A DNA stretch of 63,573 bases, the filler included, from Reclinomonas americana ATCC 50394 (Eukaryota), in the NCBI GenBank assembly GCA_048213135.1. It is 35 parts of 35 records of this genome, joined end to end, with 100 filler letters (N's around TTAATTAATTAA, not from the genome) between each part and the next. Parts side by side here need not be neighbours in the genome. Positions count along the whole stretch, not along the records: positions 11,375 to 13,160 come from AFZH01025201.1; positions 13,261 to 15,047 come from AFZH01025202.1; positions 15,148 to 16,934 come from AFZH01025203.1; positions 17,035 to 18,820 come from AFZH01025204.1; positions 18,921 to 20,706 come from AFZH01025207.1; positions 20,807 to 22,592 come from AFZH01025210.1; positions 22,693 to 24,469 come from AFZH01025211.1; 28 more parts are not named here. One strand, 5' to 3'. Both the position numbers and the translations under genes were made by a program. The notes under the pieces were generated by a model, which searched no databases, was not told the DNA's origin, and saw nothing but the letters and a program-made list of their open reading frames with translations. Shown here in pieces: positions 11,522 through 22,809 of this stretch (position 1 is its first letter; every line of letters starts with the position of its first letter).

Positions 11522-13025
11522 CCGTGGTGATGGTGAACGCCTTGTCGAAAAACAGCGCCGGCATTCCATTGTCCGTCGACCGGATCGTCACCGCCAGCGG
11601 GCTGCTCGCCTGACCCGCCGCCGCAATCACCAGCGACTGCCCGCTGATCGAAAACACCCCGCTGTTGGCGCCTCCGACAATCGAGTACGTAAACGACTGG
11701 CCCGCATTCGCGTCCGTCGTCTGCAGCACACACACGACTTGATTCGCCACCGACGGCGACACATACGTCGTCGACGAGCAGGTGATGTCGGTCGGAGCCA
11801 CATTGGTGGCGGCGGTGAACGACACAGTGGCACCGTTGATGGTGCTGGGTGTGGAGGTGACGCCGACGGCGCGATAGTAGTACGTCCAGTTGCTCGCCAA
11901 TCCAGTCAACGAGGCGGTGATGGAGGTGGCCAGAGAGCCAGCGGCGGTGGCGGGTGCGGCCGACACCGATTGAGATGCAAGGGAGAGGCGACGGACGGTG
12001 TGCGCACCGAAGTCGGCTACCAACACCGATGCCGTCGAGGCATCGAAAGCGAGTTGGGTGACCGAGTTGAAGCGTGCAGTGGTCAGAGCGCTGCCATTGG
12101 CTGATCCGTTCACGCCCGCCGCGCCAGCAATGGTGCTCACTGACGAGTCTGACACTCGGAATTGCCGCACGGTGTTATTGGCATTCTACGGATAATCCGC
12201 ACGCAGTCAGTACTGAAAGCGAAACACGGCTGGGGGGAGAGAGCAGGGGGAGACACTCAACATCGGAAATGTAGATGACGCTGTTTCCAGCATCGTATGC
12301 CAGTCCAATTGGATTGTAGAAGCGCGCAGCCGTTCCTGCTGATCAGTCAGCACGAATGAAAAGGATCACACTGGGGTTGCACGGTGGACTCACCGGTGGC
12401 ATCGGTCGATCCAGATGCACCGCTCGTCGAACCCGCCACCGTCGTCACCGTCATCGCCACTGTGTCAATGGATCGAATGGAGTTGTTCGCACGGTCGGCT
12501 GCACTCACGCACATGCACACAAGCAGAAGGCACACATGAGAATGGGAGGAATGAGCAACTCAGTGCTCACAGCACTCACCAACATAAAGCTTGGTGCCGA
12601 CGAGAAGCACGCCATTCGGACCACCGAATCGCGCCGTTCCCGCACACGCACCATCGGCGGTGCCACTCATGCCCGCAGAGCCACAAAATGTCGTCACCGC
12701 ACCAGCATAGGTCACTCGCCGAATGGTTTTGCTCATATACTCGCCGACATACACCACTTGGTTCGTGGCATCCACCGCCACTCCCACAGGCTGATTGAAG
12801 GAGGCGGCTGAACCCGTGCCATTGGCACTTCCCGACGCTCCGTTTCCCGCCAGTGTGGTGACCACGGCCGCGGAGGTGACAGCACGCACAGCGTGGTTGG
12901 GCAACTGTGGGAGAGAGATGCACAGAGTCAGCAGAATGCATCAGGAGCGTGATTATACATGCCATTCACTCACATCGGCGACATACATCGTTCCCGTGGT
13001 TTGGTCGATGGCCAGATTGGCAAGG
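11522..13025 (-). CDS. NHL-repeat + FN3-like + cadherin-like domain protein, internal multi-exon fragment
   Basis: NHL units (VTTLAGNGASGSANGTGSAASFNQPVGVAVD), then LTGLASNWTYYYRAVG, then NVAPTDI...TTDANAGQSFTYSIVGG...FSISG...TIRSTDNG...FDKAFTI. At least 4 GT-AG introns. Confidence 0.8.
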
Positions 13026-13051
13026 CTATGAGCAAGTGAGTGAGTGTGAGG

Positions 13052-13140
<89 letters not shown>

Positions 13141-13342
13141 GTACGACGACGTACGTACGTNNNNNNNNNNNNNNNNNNNNNNNNNNNNNNNNNNNNNNNN
13201 NNNNTTAATTAATTAANNNNNNNNNNNNNNNNNNNNNNNNNNNNNNNNNNNNNNNNNNNNCTACACCTGGTTCGTCCTCTACGGCCACGCCTGGCTCATC
13301 GGCCCGAGCCTGCGACATGGCCTTGACGCGTATCTCTGACCG

Positions 13343-13735
13343 ATGGATCGCCCCGCCATGTCCGCTCTCGCCGAGTCTGCCAGTTTGATCGCTCGCATCT
13401 CCAATGTCCTGACCGAGATCGACCTCAGCTGTGAGTGCCGAAGCCGGGTTCGCGACGCGATCGCCCGCTTCGAGACGCTTGAGGACACCCGCCAAGCCCA
13501 TCATGCGCTGGCCCAAGCCCGTAACCACCGGCACCGTATCGGCGCACTCATGGCACTGCTCGCCGACCTCGAAGAGATCGGCTGGAACGAAGCCGATTCC
13601 TCGATTTACCTGGAACTGTCCGATCTTTTCGAGGACATCGCCACCGCGGCACGCGAGGGGGCGGCGGCGACGCGCCAGCTCGATCGTCGGACGCTGCTGC
13701 GTCGAAAGTGCGCAGAGCAACCCTCTGTCGAATGA
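13343..13735 (+). CDS. Hypothetical protein (helical, 130 aa), bacterial
   Basis: Intronless GC3-rich ORF upstream of the hsdR fragment; no recognised family. Confidence 0.55.
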   Translation: MDRPAMSALAESASLIARISNVLTEIDLSCECRSRVRDAIARFETLEDTRQAHHALAQARNHRHRIGALMALLADLEEIGWNEADSSIYLELSDLFEDIATAAREGAAATRQLDRRTLLRRKCAEQPSVE

Positions 13736-13850
13736 TGAGGCGTTCGGCGGGATGCCTTGCCTCTGGTCGGCGACCCGCAGTGCCGTGAGCTACTCCGGAT
13801 GACCAGCCTTGATCTTCTCAAAGCGGCATCTACACGCGTAGATTGCCTCC

Positions 13851-14288
13851 ATGAACGAGTCGGCATTTCACCCGGAGGATGTGGCGCGGTCTGCGATCGA
13901 CCGTCGGCTGGCGCTTTGCGGCTGGGTGGTCCAGTCCCGTGCGGACATGAATCTCGGCGCCGGCTTGGGTGTTGCGATCCGCGAATTCCAGACGGCGTCC
14001 GGTCCCGTCGACTACGCGCTCTTCGTCGGCCGGCGCCTTTGCGGCGCCATCGAGGCGAAGTCGGCGGGCGTGACCCTCTCGGGCTTCTCCGACCAGGCCG
14101 CGCGCTACATCGCCGACCTCCCGCGAAACCTCATGCGCGAGGAAGGCCAGGTGCGGTTCGAATACGTGGGTTCGGGCAGCGAAACCCTGTTCCGCGACCA
14201 CGCTGATACGAACCCGGCCTCTCGCAGCATCTTCTCCTTCCGCTCCATGTCCCGTTCGCTGCGGGCGTACCCGAAACAGCGGGGATAG
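13851..14288 (+). pseudogene. hsdR: Type I restriction enzyme R subunit N-terminal nuclease region, truncated (EcoEI/EcoAI-like)
   Basis: PE..AR..ID..L...GW.VQ, GVAIREF, PVDYALFV, IEAK, Q..RY, ETLFRD..D..P.SR.IFSF match the HsdR N-terminus from recall. Similarity ends near 14240 and no DEAD helicase follows. Confidence 0.82.
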
Positions 14289-15148
14289 TTGGCATCTATT
14301 TATCTCCACGCAGAACATTTCGCGACACGCCGAGACGTTGGGCAATCTTGGCCGAGCCCTTGCCCCTGCTGGTCGCGGCAAGGAGACACATGGCGGCTAG
14401 CACCACTCCAAGATGAGCGTTCTGTCACGAGGTTCGGCAGGCGCTCGCTGGGATACACGATGTCGCTGAAGGTCGTGTCGGGGGTCGACAGCGCGTGATG
14501 CAAATCGAGGTTCCGACCTTGCTAGAACGGTCGGCCAAGGCCCACAATCGCCTCCTCCGCAGGGCGGCGAGCCGGCCAGCAATCTCACCTGTGATGGTTG
14601 CGCATCTTGCGAGATTGAAGGGCGTCCCGCTGACACAGCATGATCCCGATCTACCACCTTGAAGGCGATGTCTCTCCGCAGGGCACTGGTCGGCACGCCT
14701 AGTGCTTCGACGACGGCGACCTCACAGCCATCCAGGCTCGCCCTCCTCAGACGCCGCCGAAACGACGGCCAAGCCAGAATATTTGTAGTTGAGACACCGC
14801 AATATCCCTTGCAGCTTTGTGTCGAAGGCAGCAGCGTCAGCCCATACGCTACCTCACGAGGCGACAGAGCGACGCGTGGCGGGAAGGTCGCGCTCGAGCA
14901 CAGCTGCCAGGCACACCTTCCAATGACGCCCTGCATAGCCCTCAGCCGAGGCGAGAGGGGGCTCTTGGGCGCGGCCCTTGTCATATCGTTCCGCCCAGCC
15001 TGATGCACGCGCGTCAGCCGATCACGACGGTAGGCCTTCCCAGCGATNNNNNNNNNNNNNNNNNNNNNNNNNNNNNNNNNNNNNNNNNNNNTTAATTAAT
15101 TAANNNNNNNNNNNNNNNNNNNNNNNNNNNNNNNNNNNNNNNNNNNNA

Positions 15149-16486
15149 ATACGACTGTGGTCACTGGCGAGTGGAGAAGAAATTAGACGGTTCGCGGGGC
15201 ACACAGGAAAGGTGTTTTGTGTTGCCGTGAGCCCCGATGGCCAGCAAATTGTTAGCGGGAGTGGGGACAAGACTGTGCGAGTGTGGTCGGTGGCAAGTGG
15301 AGAACAGGTGCGACGAATGGAGGGACACACTGACTGGGTGGTGTCAGTCGCCATCAGCGCCGACTGTCAGCAAATTGTGAGTGGCAGCTTTGACAAGACA
15401 ATTCGAGTGTGGTCTGCGGCAAGTGGAGAGGCTGTACGGCGCTCTGGAGGGCACACTGGATGGGTATTTGCCGTGGCAGTCACTCCCGACGGTAGCCATA
15501 TTGTGAGTGGAAGCGATGACAAGACCATACGGGTGTGGTCCGTGGCGAGTGGAGAAGAAGTGCGACGGTTTGAGGGACACACTCGAAGAGTGGTGAATGT
15601 CGTTGTCACTCCCGATGGTCAGCATATTGTAAGCGGAAGTAGCGATCACACCGTGCGAACGTGGTCGCTTACGCATGGAATACAAGAGTTCTTGTTGGAC
15701 GGACACACAGGCGAAGTGTGGGCTGTTACAGTCACGCCAGATGGTCGGCACGTCATCAGTGGCAGTGGTGACAAAACAGTTCGTGTGTGGCTGCTGGCGA
15801 GTGGAGAGGAAGTACATAGGTTTCAGGGACACGCCGGAGAGGTGATGGCTGTCGCCGTCACGTTTGACGGTCAGCGCATTATTAGTGGGAGCTGGGATCA
15901 CTCCGTGCTCGTGTGGTCATTGGCAAGTGGAGAGGTATTGCAGCGGTTGGAGGGTCACGCTGGGCCAGTGTGGTCTGTCGCCATTACTTTGGATGGGCAG
16001 CACATTGTCACTGGCAGTGTTGACGAGACGGTACGAGTGTGGTCTGCGGTGACTGGTAATGAGTTGCAACGAATGGAGGGCCACACTGCGTGGGTGATGT
16101 CTGCAGTCGTCACTCCGAATGGCGAGCTCATCGTGAGCGGCAGTGAAGACGAAACTGTTCGGGTGTGGTCGCTGACAAACGGAGAAGAAGTGCGACTGCT
16201 GAAGGGGCACTCCGGTTCCGTGGAGTGTGTTACTGTTGCGGGTGATGGTCGGCACATTGTTAGTGGGAGCACGGACAAAACAGTACGCGTGTGGTCTATT
16301 GCGAGCGGTGTGGATCTTCGACGCTGCTTCGAGGCTGACGAATCTGGCGTCGTCTCCGCGGCGGAGCTGACCATCAAAGTGGCAGACAAGCAGTCTCTTG
16401 CTCACCAGCGACATCACGGAGGATACAACCTTGAGCGTATCTACGGATCGTTCCTGCCTGATTTTGAAGGCGTCTTGTATGAATGA
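15149..16486 (+). CDS. WD40-repeat protein, 5'-partial, intronless in this segment
   Basis: Nine regular 42-aa GH...VSGS.D.TVRVW repeats with a 126-nt period, then a unique tail and stop. Confidence 0.93.
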   Translation: MRLWSLASGEEIRRFAGHTGKVFCVAVSPDGQQIVSGSGDKTVRVWSVASGEQVRRMEGHTDWVVSVAISADCQQIVSGSFDKTIRVWSAASGEAVRRSGGHTGWVFAVAVTPDGSHIVSGSDDKTIRVWSVASGEEVRRFEGHTRRVVNVVVTPDGQHIVSGSSDHTVRTWSLTHGIQEFLLDGHTGEVWAVTVTPDGRHVISGSGDKTVRVWLLASGEEVHRFQGHAGEVMAVAVTFDGQRIISGSWDHSVLVWSLASGEVLQRLEGHAGPVWSVAITLDGQHIVTGSVDETVRVWSAVTGNELQRMEGHTAWVMSAVVTPNGELIVSGSEDETVRVWSLTNGEEVRLLKGHSGSVECVTVAGDGRHIVSGSTDKTVRVWSIASGVDLRRCFEADESGVVSAAELTIKVADKQSLAHQRHHGGYNLERIYGSFLPDFEGVLYE

Positions 16487-17077
16487 ATGCGGGGGAATCA
16501 GGAGTGAGTGGTGTGTTCTCGGCCAGCAGAAGTAACGCAGTCCTTTTCCTGTGGCACCTTCACATAACGCAAGACAGAGGTAAATTGAAGCAAGCCCGTT
16601 GCCGATGAAAGTCGACACAGGCATGTGCTGCAAGCATGTGTTCTTCTTGACTACACAGCGACAGTCCAGCGTTTCCGCCGAGACATGCCGAGCGAAGGAA
16701 CACTGTCAGCGAAGAAACTGTCTGCAGAAAGTGAGAATAAACTCGCCTTCGCTGTGGCCACCCGCTTACCACACCAAGTGAATGTCGACGTAAGTGAGAG
16801 TCAAAACCCAGCGCAGAGCACAGGAGCGCGCTGGTGCTTGACGAAAACAGCGGCATGCGTCCTGCATGACACGACCAACTCTCGCACGCCACGAGAGTGA
16901 GTGCCGTGTCGACAAGTTGACTGTGAGTGAGTGANNNNNNNNNNNNNNNNNNNNNNNNNNNNNNNNNNNNNNNNNNNNTTAATTAATTAANNNNNNNNNN
17001 NNNNNNNNNNNNNNNNNNNNNNNNNNNNNNNNNNATTCGAATTCAGAACACAACACCAGTGGTGGACCAGGGGGGCC

Positions 17078-18293
17078 TCAACGCCGCTTGCAGATGGACG
17101 GCTTGGCCAGCGGGCCGCGATACATGTCGCACACGTGCTGCACGAGATCGTCGGGCTTGGGGCTCTGGCAGTTGGAGGTGCCCCATACGCACCACAGCCT
17201 GCATCGCACGCACACACACACAACATGAGATACGTACTGGGGAGGCATGCAAGAAGGGCACAGCGTCGCAACTCATTGTTGACGGTAATGGTGGCGCTCC
17301 AGTCCCACCCCTGGCTCTGCGTCCATGCGGCACTACGTGCAAGCAGGCCACCGCCCTGCGGACCATACGCGCACGTCGCTATCTCATCCCTGTGCATGCA
17401 CGCGCGATGAGACACTCCAACAAACTCATTTCCCTGCGACCAAGTGCACGCAACGGGGACAGTCCCACTTCAGCCGCGCATTGCAAGACGGCCGGCGGGA
17501 ACTTCTTCGGCAGATCCTCCTCAGGCATCGGATCACGAGCATCGCTGACACACTGCATAAAGGTGAAGTAGGCGCCGAGCAGCGCATTGTTGGGCACCGA
17601 CAGCAGGCGATTCTGCACACAAATCTCCAGCAAATCGCCCACGACATCAATGGTGCCACTGAAAGCAAGTGAGCAGCCGGCGGGCAAGACAGGCAGGCAG
17701 CGCATATACACATACCCATCACTCCAGAATCCATAAGGCGCAGTGGCGTTTTGCCTATTCAAAACAAAACGTGATTGCTGCTGTATGAGTACGGATTCCA
17801 AAATCCCTCGTGTGATTGCTGCTGCTGGTGGTCAGGCCACACTCACCGAGCCATGTAATCCGAGCGGTAGATCATAATGGGCGCAAGTGCAGTGGCCATG
17901 GGGAAGAACTCCAGAGTAAAGTTGCTGCATAATAACATAATGGATGCTGTCGTCATCACACGAGCGGATAGTGAGAGCACATGGCGTGCGTTGGTTACCT
18001 CCATGCCGTGCAGATGCTCATCATAAAGGCATCCACTGTGTGTGTGTGTGTGTGAGTGGAGAGTGAGAGTGTGAGAAGACCGAGACACACACTTGACTGT
18101 GTGTTTTTTTGCACTCACCAACAACGCGCGGATCGTCGGCGAATGGACGTGACTTGTGGTGGTGGTGGTTGCGGCCTTCCTCCTCCACTAATGCGCCACC
18201 ACGCAGGAGAGATGAGTGGTCAGTCACATCGAGTGTGGCGGCCAGTGTGGCGAGCAGACACAGTGCGAGAAGCAGCAGGTGAATGCGCATCAT
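17078..18293 (-). CDS. Secreted GILT-like (thioredoxin-fold thiol reductase-like) protein, multi-exon, apparently complete
   Basis: Signal peptide MMRIHLLLL...; spliced VVVDAFMMSIC..., GDLLEICV, FMQCV, IATCAYGPQGGGLL..S...T, ATITVNNELWCV follow the fungal/protist GILT pattern from recall. Confidence 0.55.
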
Positions 18294-18470
18294 GATGTTT
18301 GGTGAGGAAGTGCGTGTGTAAGAGTCTTGGGAGTGAGCACGGATGGCGACGAGCGCGCCCGTGAGCGAAAAGACACGAGTGGATTTTCGTTCGTCGACTC
18401 ATGTGTTCATCATCATCATCAAGAAGGGTGGTCGAGAGGGACCCCCACCCAGTGTGTGGTGAAAGTGGGA

Positions 18471-18653
18471 TTACTTCTTCGAGTCGTCAGTGGATGGCTG
18501 CGATCCGGGGACCCATGTCTCGGCGCGCTGCTTGGCCCAGCCGTAGGCGCGCACGTTGGGGCGCAGGAAGTGTCCCGCGGGCAGATATCGGTCGTCGGTG
18601 CCCGACTGGTTGCCGGTGTGTGCCTCCTTGAAGAAGGGCTCCATCGGGGGTTT
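18471..18653 (-). CDS. Terminal exon, possibly NADH:ubiquinone oxidoreductase subunit A12 (B17.2) C-terminus
   Basis: After a pyrimidine tract and TAG acceptor: KPPMEPFFKEAHTGNQSGTDDRYLPAGH...AETWVPG...stop, resembling the NDUFA12 H.xN.SGT...Y...W.P pattern. Confidence 0.5.
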   Translation of the reverse strand, partial: KPPMEPFFKEAHTGNQSGTDDRYLPAGHFLRPNVRAYGWAKQRAETWVPGSQPSTDDSKK

Positions 18654-18727
18654 CTAGGGGGGAGAGGAGGAGGAATGAGGGGAAGGGATGGGGGGGAGAG
18701 GGGGGAGAGAGAGGGGGGAAAAGGGGA

Positions 18728-18820
<93 letters not shown>

Positions 18821-18920
18821 NNNNNNNNNNNNNNNNNNNNNNNNNNNNNNNNNNNNNNNNNNNNTTAATTAATTAANNNNNNNNNNNNNNNNNNNNNNNN
18901 NNNNNNNNNNNNNNNNNNNN

Positions 18921-19650
18921 CCCTGCCCAGCAAGCACTGCCGTTGCCGCCACTGCAGCCTCTCGCGCCGATCTCTGCGGCTGCGGAGGTGGAGGTGGACG
19001 CGGTCTCTCCTGCTCACTACTTCGCATGCGTGCCAACTGCGCTCGGGTCAACGGCAGCGGTGGTGACACGTACTCGTCCACATTGAGCACCTCCAGTGCC
19101 GGTCGTTGCGGGGGTCGCGGTGGGGGTGCGCGCGAAGGCAGCACAATCACTGCTGGCTCAATGATCTGCACTGCGGCAGAGGACGACGACGAGGAGGAGG
19201 ACGAGGAGGAGGAGGGAGACGAGTCGACCAGACTGATCACTGATGACGAGGACGAGGATGCGGGTCGAATCGGCGGTGATGAGGACAGATCAATGACCTC
19301 GTGTGGTGGCGATGACACCAAGTCAATGACTTCCACTGTGGTGCATGCAAGAGTGAGTGAGCGAACAGAGAGTGCAGAGAAGGAGGAAGACGAGGAGAGC
19401 GCGCGCAACAATGTTGTTGTTGTTGTTGTTGTCGCATAGCGGCGGTTGTGGTGCTCGTGGTCGATGTCGACTTGGAGGATCGTCTGCTGCTGCTGGCCGC
19501 CATGCTGTGTGCACAAACACAGATGTCGCGTGTGAGCACCATCATCAACAGAGAGAGAGAGACAGAGGTCCACAAGCAACGAGAGCGAGACCTTTTCACA
19601 GGCGACTGCGACATGACCACATCATCATCAATGACAAGCACGCGGCTCAT
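18921..19650 (-). CDS. Low-complexity protein with multiple SUMO-interacting-like motifs, 3'-partial
   Basis: VLVIDDD, EVIDLVSS, EVIDLSSS, VISLVDS, EVLNVDE in Ser-rich linkers; introns inferred. Confidence 0.5.
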
Positions 19651-20807
19651 GCGGAGAGCGAGGAAAGGAGCAAAGTCAAAGTTGTCAGAGAGTGAGACCG
19701 CACGAGAGAAACACGCCGCTCAATGCGGGCGAAAACGACAATGCGCGACGTCGGGACACGCAGTTAAAATTGTATACAAAAATTAAAAACCACACACTGT
19801 GGTGATGAATGGCAGATGCATAAAGGGGACAAGGCAGAGAAGAAGCTTGTGGTGCCGTTGCAGCTCATCAGTGCCGAGTGGTCTCACAGACAACGCAAAA
19901 CGTCGTAACAAAACACTTCATTCACCACATTCCAATAATGCGATAAACGCCCACAAATCCCTTGCCGACAATGACCTTGGCACACCAACAATATACAAAC
20001 ACATAATTACTTCTCCAACAGTCATCTTCCCTTTCAGGAGGCAAAGCCAATCAAACGCGTGTTGGCCTCAAAAGGATTTCGTGGCGCAAATGGTGTCAGC
20101 GGCCTACGTAGACGCTGAACTCGTTGAAGCTGGGTGCTGCAGTAGCGACGCAAGGGTTCTAATTGCCCTGAGGCTGCGGCGCAGCTGCTGCGGGTGGGAG
20201 ATTGTTTGCTTGGTTCATTTTATAATTACTGCGTTTGTCTTGCACCGATAAGACTCTTTCACTCACCCGCACAATCCGAGCGCAGGAATGGTTATTACGC
20301 GTTTCGTATTAGTAGACACAGTGTGCGCGCGAGTGAGCAGTGGTGTGCGGCCTGTCGACGTTACGGACATATTCGATGGACAGTACAATCGTGCTCGCTG
20401 CCGAAAAAGCGCGCGAAGAGGGCCGAAGAGAACGCACGGCAAATGAGCGCAGAGGAGCAGCTGCCGTTGCGTTCCTCTCTCTATGTCTCTGGTGGATAGG
20501 CGCAGCAGGCGGCAGAGAGTGTATGAGAGTGGCAGTGCGCGCGCGAAAAAAGATATTCCTGTCAGTGAGATTCTGTGCGAAAAAAAGCACTGAGAAAACA
20601 CGGCGTGCGTGTCTGTGTGTGTGCCGTGACACGTGGCACATGATACGCAGTGAGCAATGCGTGTGTGTGCACGCGTGTGTGGCGCAGAGAGCACGAGAGT
20701 GAAGACNNNNNNNNNNNNNNNNNNNNNNNNNNNNNNNNNNNNNNNNNNNNTTAATTAATTAANNNNNNNNNNNNNNNNNNNNNNNNNNNNNNNNNNNNNN
20801 NNNNNNC

Positions 20808-22592
20808 GCTGTCGCCTTCTCGCCCGATGGCGAATTCTTTGCCAGTGCCTCCGACGACCAAACGATGCGCGTGTGGTCGCGCGTCTCCGCCACCCAGTTG
20901 CAAGTTTTCGAGGGCCACACCGACGTCGTCACGTATGTTGCGTTCTCCGCCGACGGTCTGCTGCTGGCCACGGCGTCGGTCGACTCCACCGTCCGTATCT
21001 GGTCACGTGAAACCGGCGGCTGCACCCGACTGTACAACTACGAGAACGATTCAGACAGATTTGTTCCGTTCGGGATCACATTTTCTCCGTGTACACGGCA
21101 GGTGGCATTCGGTGCACGCGATCATTGTGTGCGTGTGCTGCAAGTCGACGACATGTCCACGGATGAGCCAGTTATCAAATTCGAGGCGCCGACGTCGGCC
21201 GGCGATGCCATGTGCGTCGCGTATGAGCCGAACGGCGGCCGTTTGCTGGCCACTGGGTACGACGACTGCAAGATTCGGCTGTGGTCGCTGGACGAGTCGG
21301 CTACGGAACCTGTTCGCATGTTTGAAGGGCATACAGCGTACCTTCGCAGCCTGGACTTTTCGCGAAACGGCACATTGCTCGTGTCGGGAAGCACGGATTC
21401 CACTGTCAGGTTGTGGAATGTGGTGACTGGCGAACAGCTGCACGTGTTTGAGGGACACACAGACGCTGTCACATCGGTCCGTCTCTCCTACGACAGCACC
21501 GTCATCATGTCGTCGTCGACCGATTCCACCGCGCGCATGTGGTCACGCGTCAAGGGCACCCTCCTGGAAGAGCTGCGCGGTCACAACCAAGGTCTGTGGA
21601 GTGCGGACTTGTCTCCGGGTGGTAACAGTGTGGTGACAGCGTCGGCCGACAACTCACTCCGTGTGTGGTATCGCTCACCGATTCCGTATTCGAATCGCGT
21701 CACTGGTCACCTGGATTGCATCACGTGTATCGCAGTTCCTGACGACATGTCCTTTTCAGTCAGTGGTGCAGCCGACGGCGCCGTTCTGGTGCATGACTGT
21801 GCGTCTGCTCTCTTGAAAGCTGTTGCCACGGACCACAGGCTATCTGTGAACGGCGTTGCTGTGGTGCCCGACGGGCAGTGGTTCGTGAGTTGTTCCGATG
21901 ACATGACGGTCCGGCGGTGGTTGCAGGACGGCACAGCGCGGGAGGTGCTGCGTGGACATGAAGCACCGGTGCTCTGCGTGGCTGTGTCTCGCGACGGCAC
22001 CATGATTGCCAGTGGTTCGTGGGACAACACTGTTCATGTGTGGATGGTTGAGGTTGGTGAGGAGGAGGAGCCGCTCAAGTTCGTTCTCGACAGCCATGAT
22101 GGCGCTGTGTACGCTGTGGCATTCTCCTTTACCGGCGACTTGCTGGTGACCGGCTCTGCCGACCGCAGCGTTGGCGTGTGGGATACACAGTCCGGGCGAC
22201 TGCTGCAGCGGTTCTGTGGTCACACGCAACGGGTTACAAGTGTGGCCATGACCGTAGATGCCGACCATGTGATCAGTGGCGCCCTTGACGATACGGTGCG
22301 TGTGTGGTGCTGCAGTTCACGCAGTCAGGTGCAGCAGTTCTCGGCTGCGCCGTCGGGCGGTGTGCACGCGCTGGCCCTGTGTGACGACGACAACACCGTT
22401 GTAAGTGGCAGTGGTGACGGCGTTGTCCGGCTGTGGTCGCGCACCACCGGTGTACTCACGCAAGAGTTTACTGGCCACACACAGCCGGTGACCGCGGTCG
22501 CCACTCGATCCGGTCGCTTGATCTCGGTCTCTCGCGACAAGACCATGCGCTCGTCGATTCTGGTCTGCGGCCAGGAGACCAAGCAGATATCT
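20808..22592 (+). CDS. WD40-repeat protein (about 13-14 repeats), partial at both ends, intronless
   Basis: Contig-spanning open frame with repeated GH...S.D.TVR.W units. Confidence 0.93.
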
Positions 22593-22744
22593 NNNNNNNN
22601 NNNNNNNNNNNNNNNNNNNNNNNNNNNNNNNNNNNNTTAATTAATTAANNNNNNNNNNNNNNNNNNNNNNNNNNNNNNNNNNNNNNNNNNNNGTACGTAC
22701 GTACGTACGTTCGTACGTACGTACGTCGTCGTCGTGTCGTCGTC

Positions 22745-22809
<65 letters not shown>

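Noticed and set aside
5694..15047. Integrase + HsdR + WD40/TPR/ankyrin genes as one defence island, or bacterial HGT into the eukaryote
   Set aside because: The genes lie on separate contigs joined artificially; there is no physical linkage evidence.
19700..20706. Possible RNA gene or CDS in this stretch
   Set aside because: I could not recognise a tRNA, rRNA or snRNA structure or a convincing protein; left unannotated.
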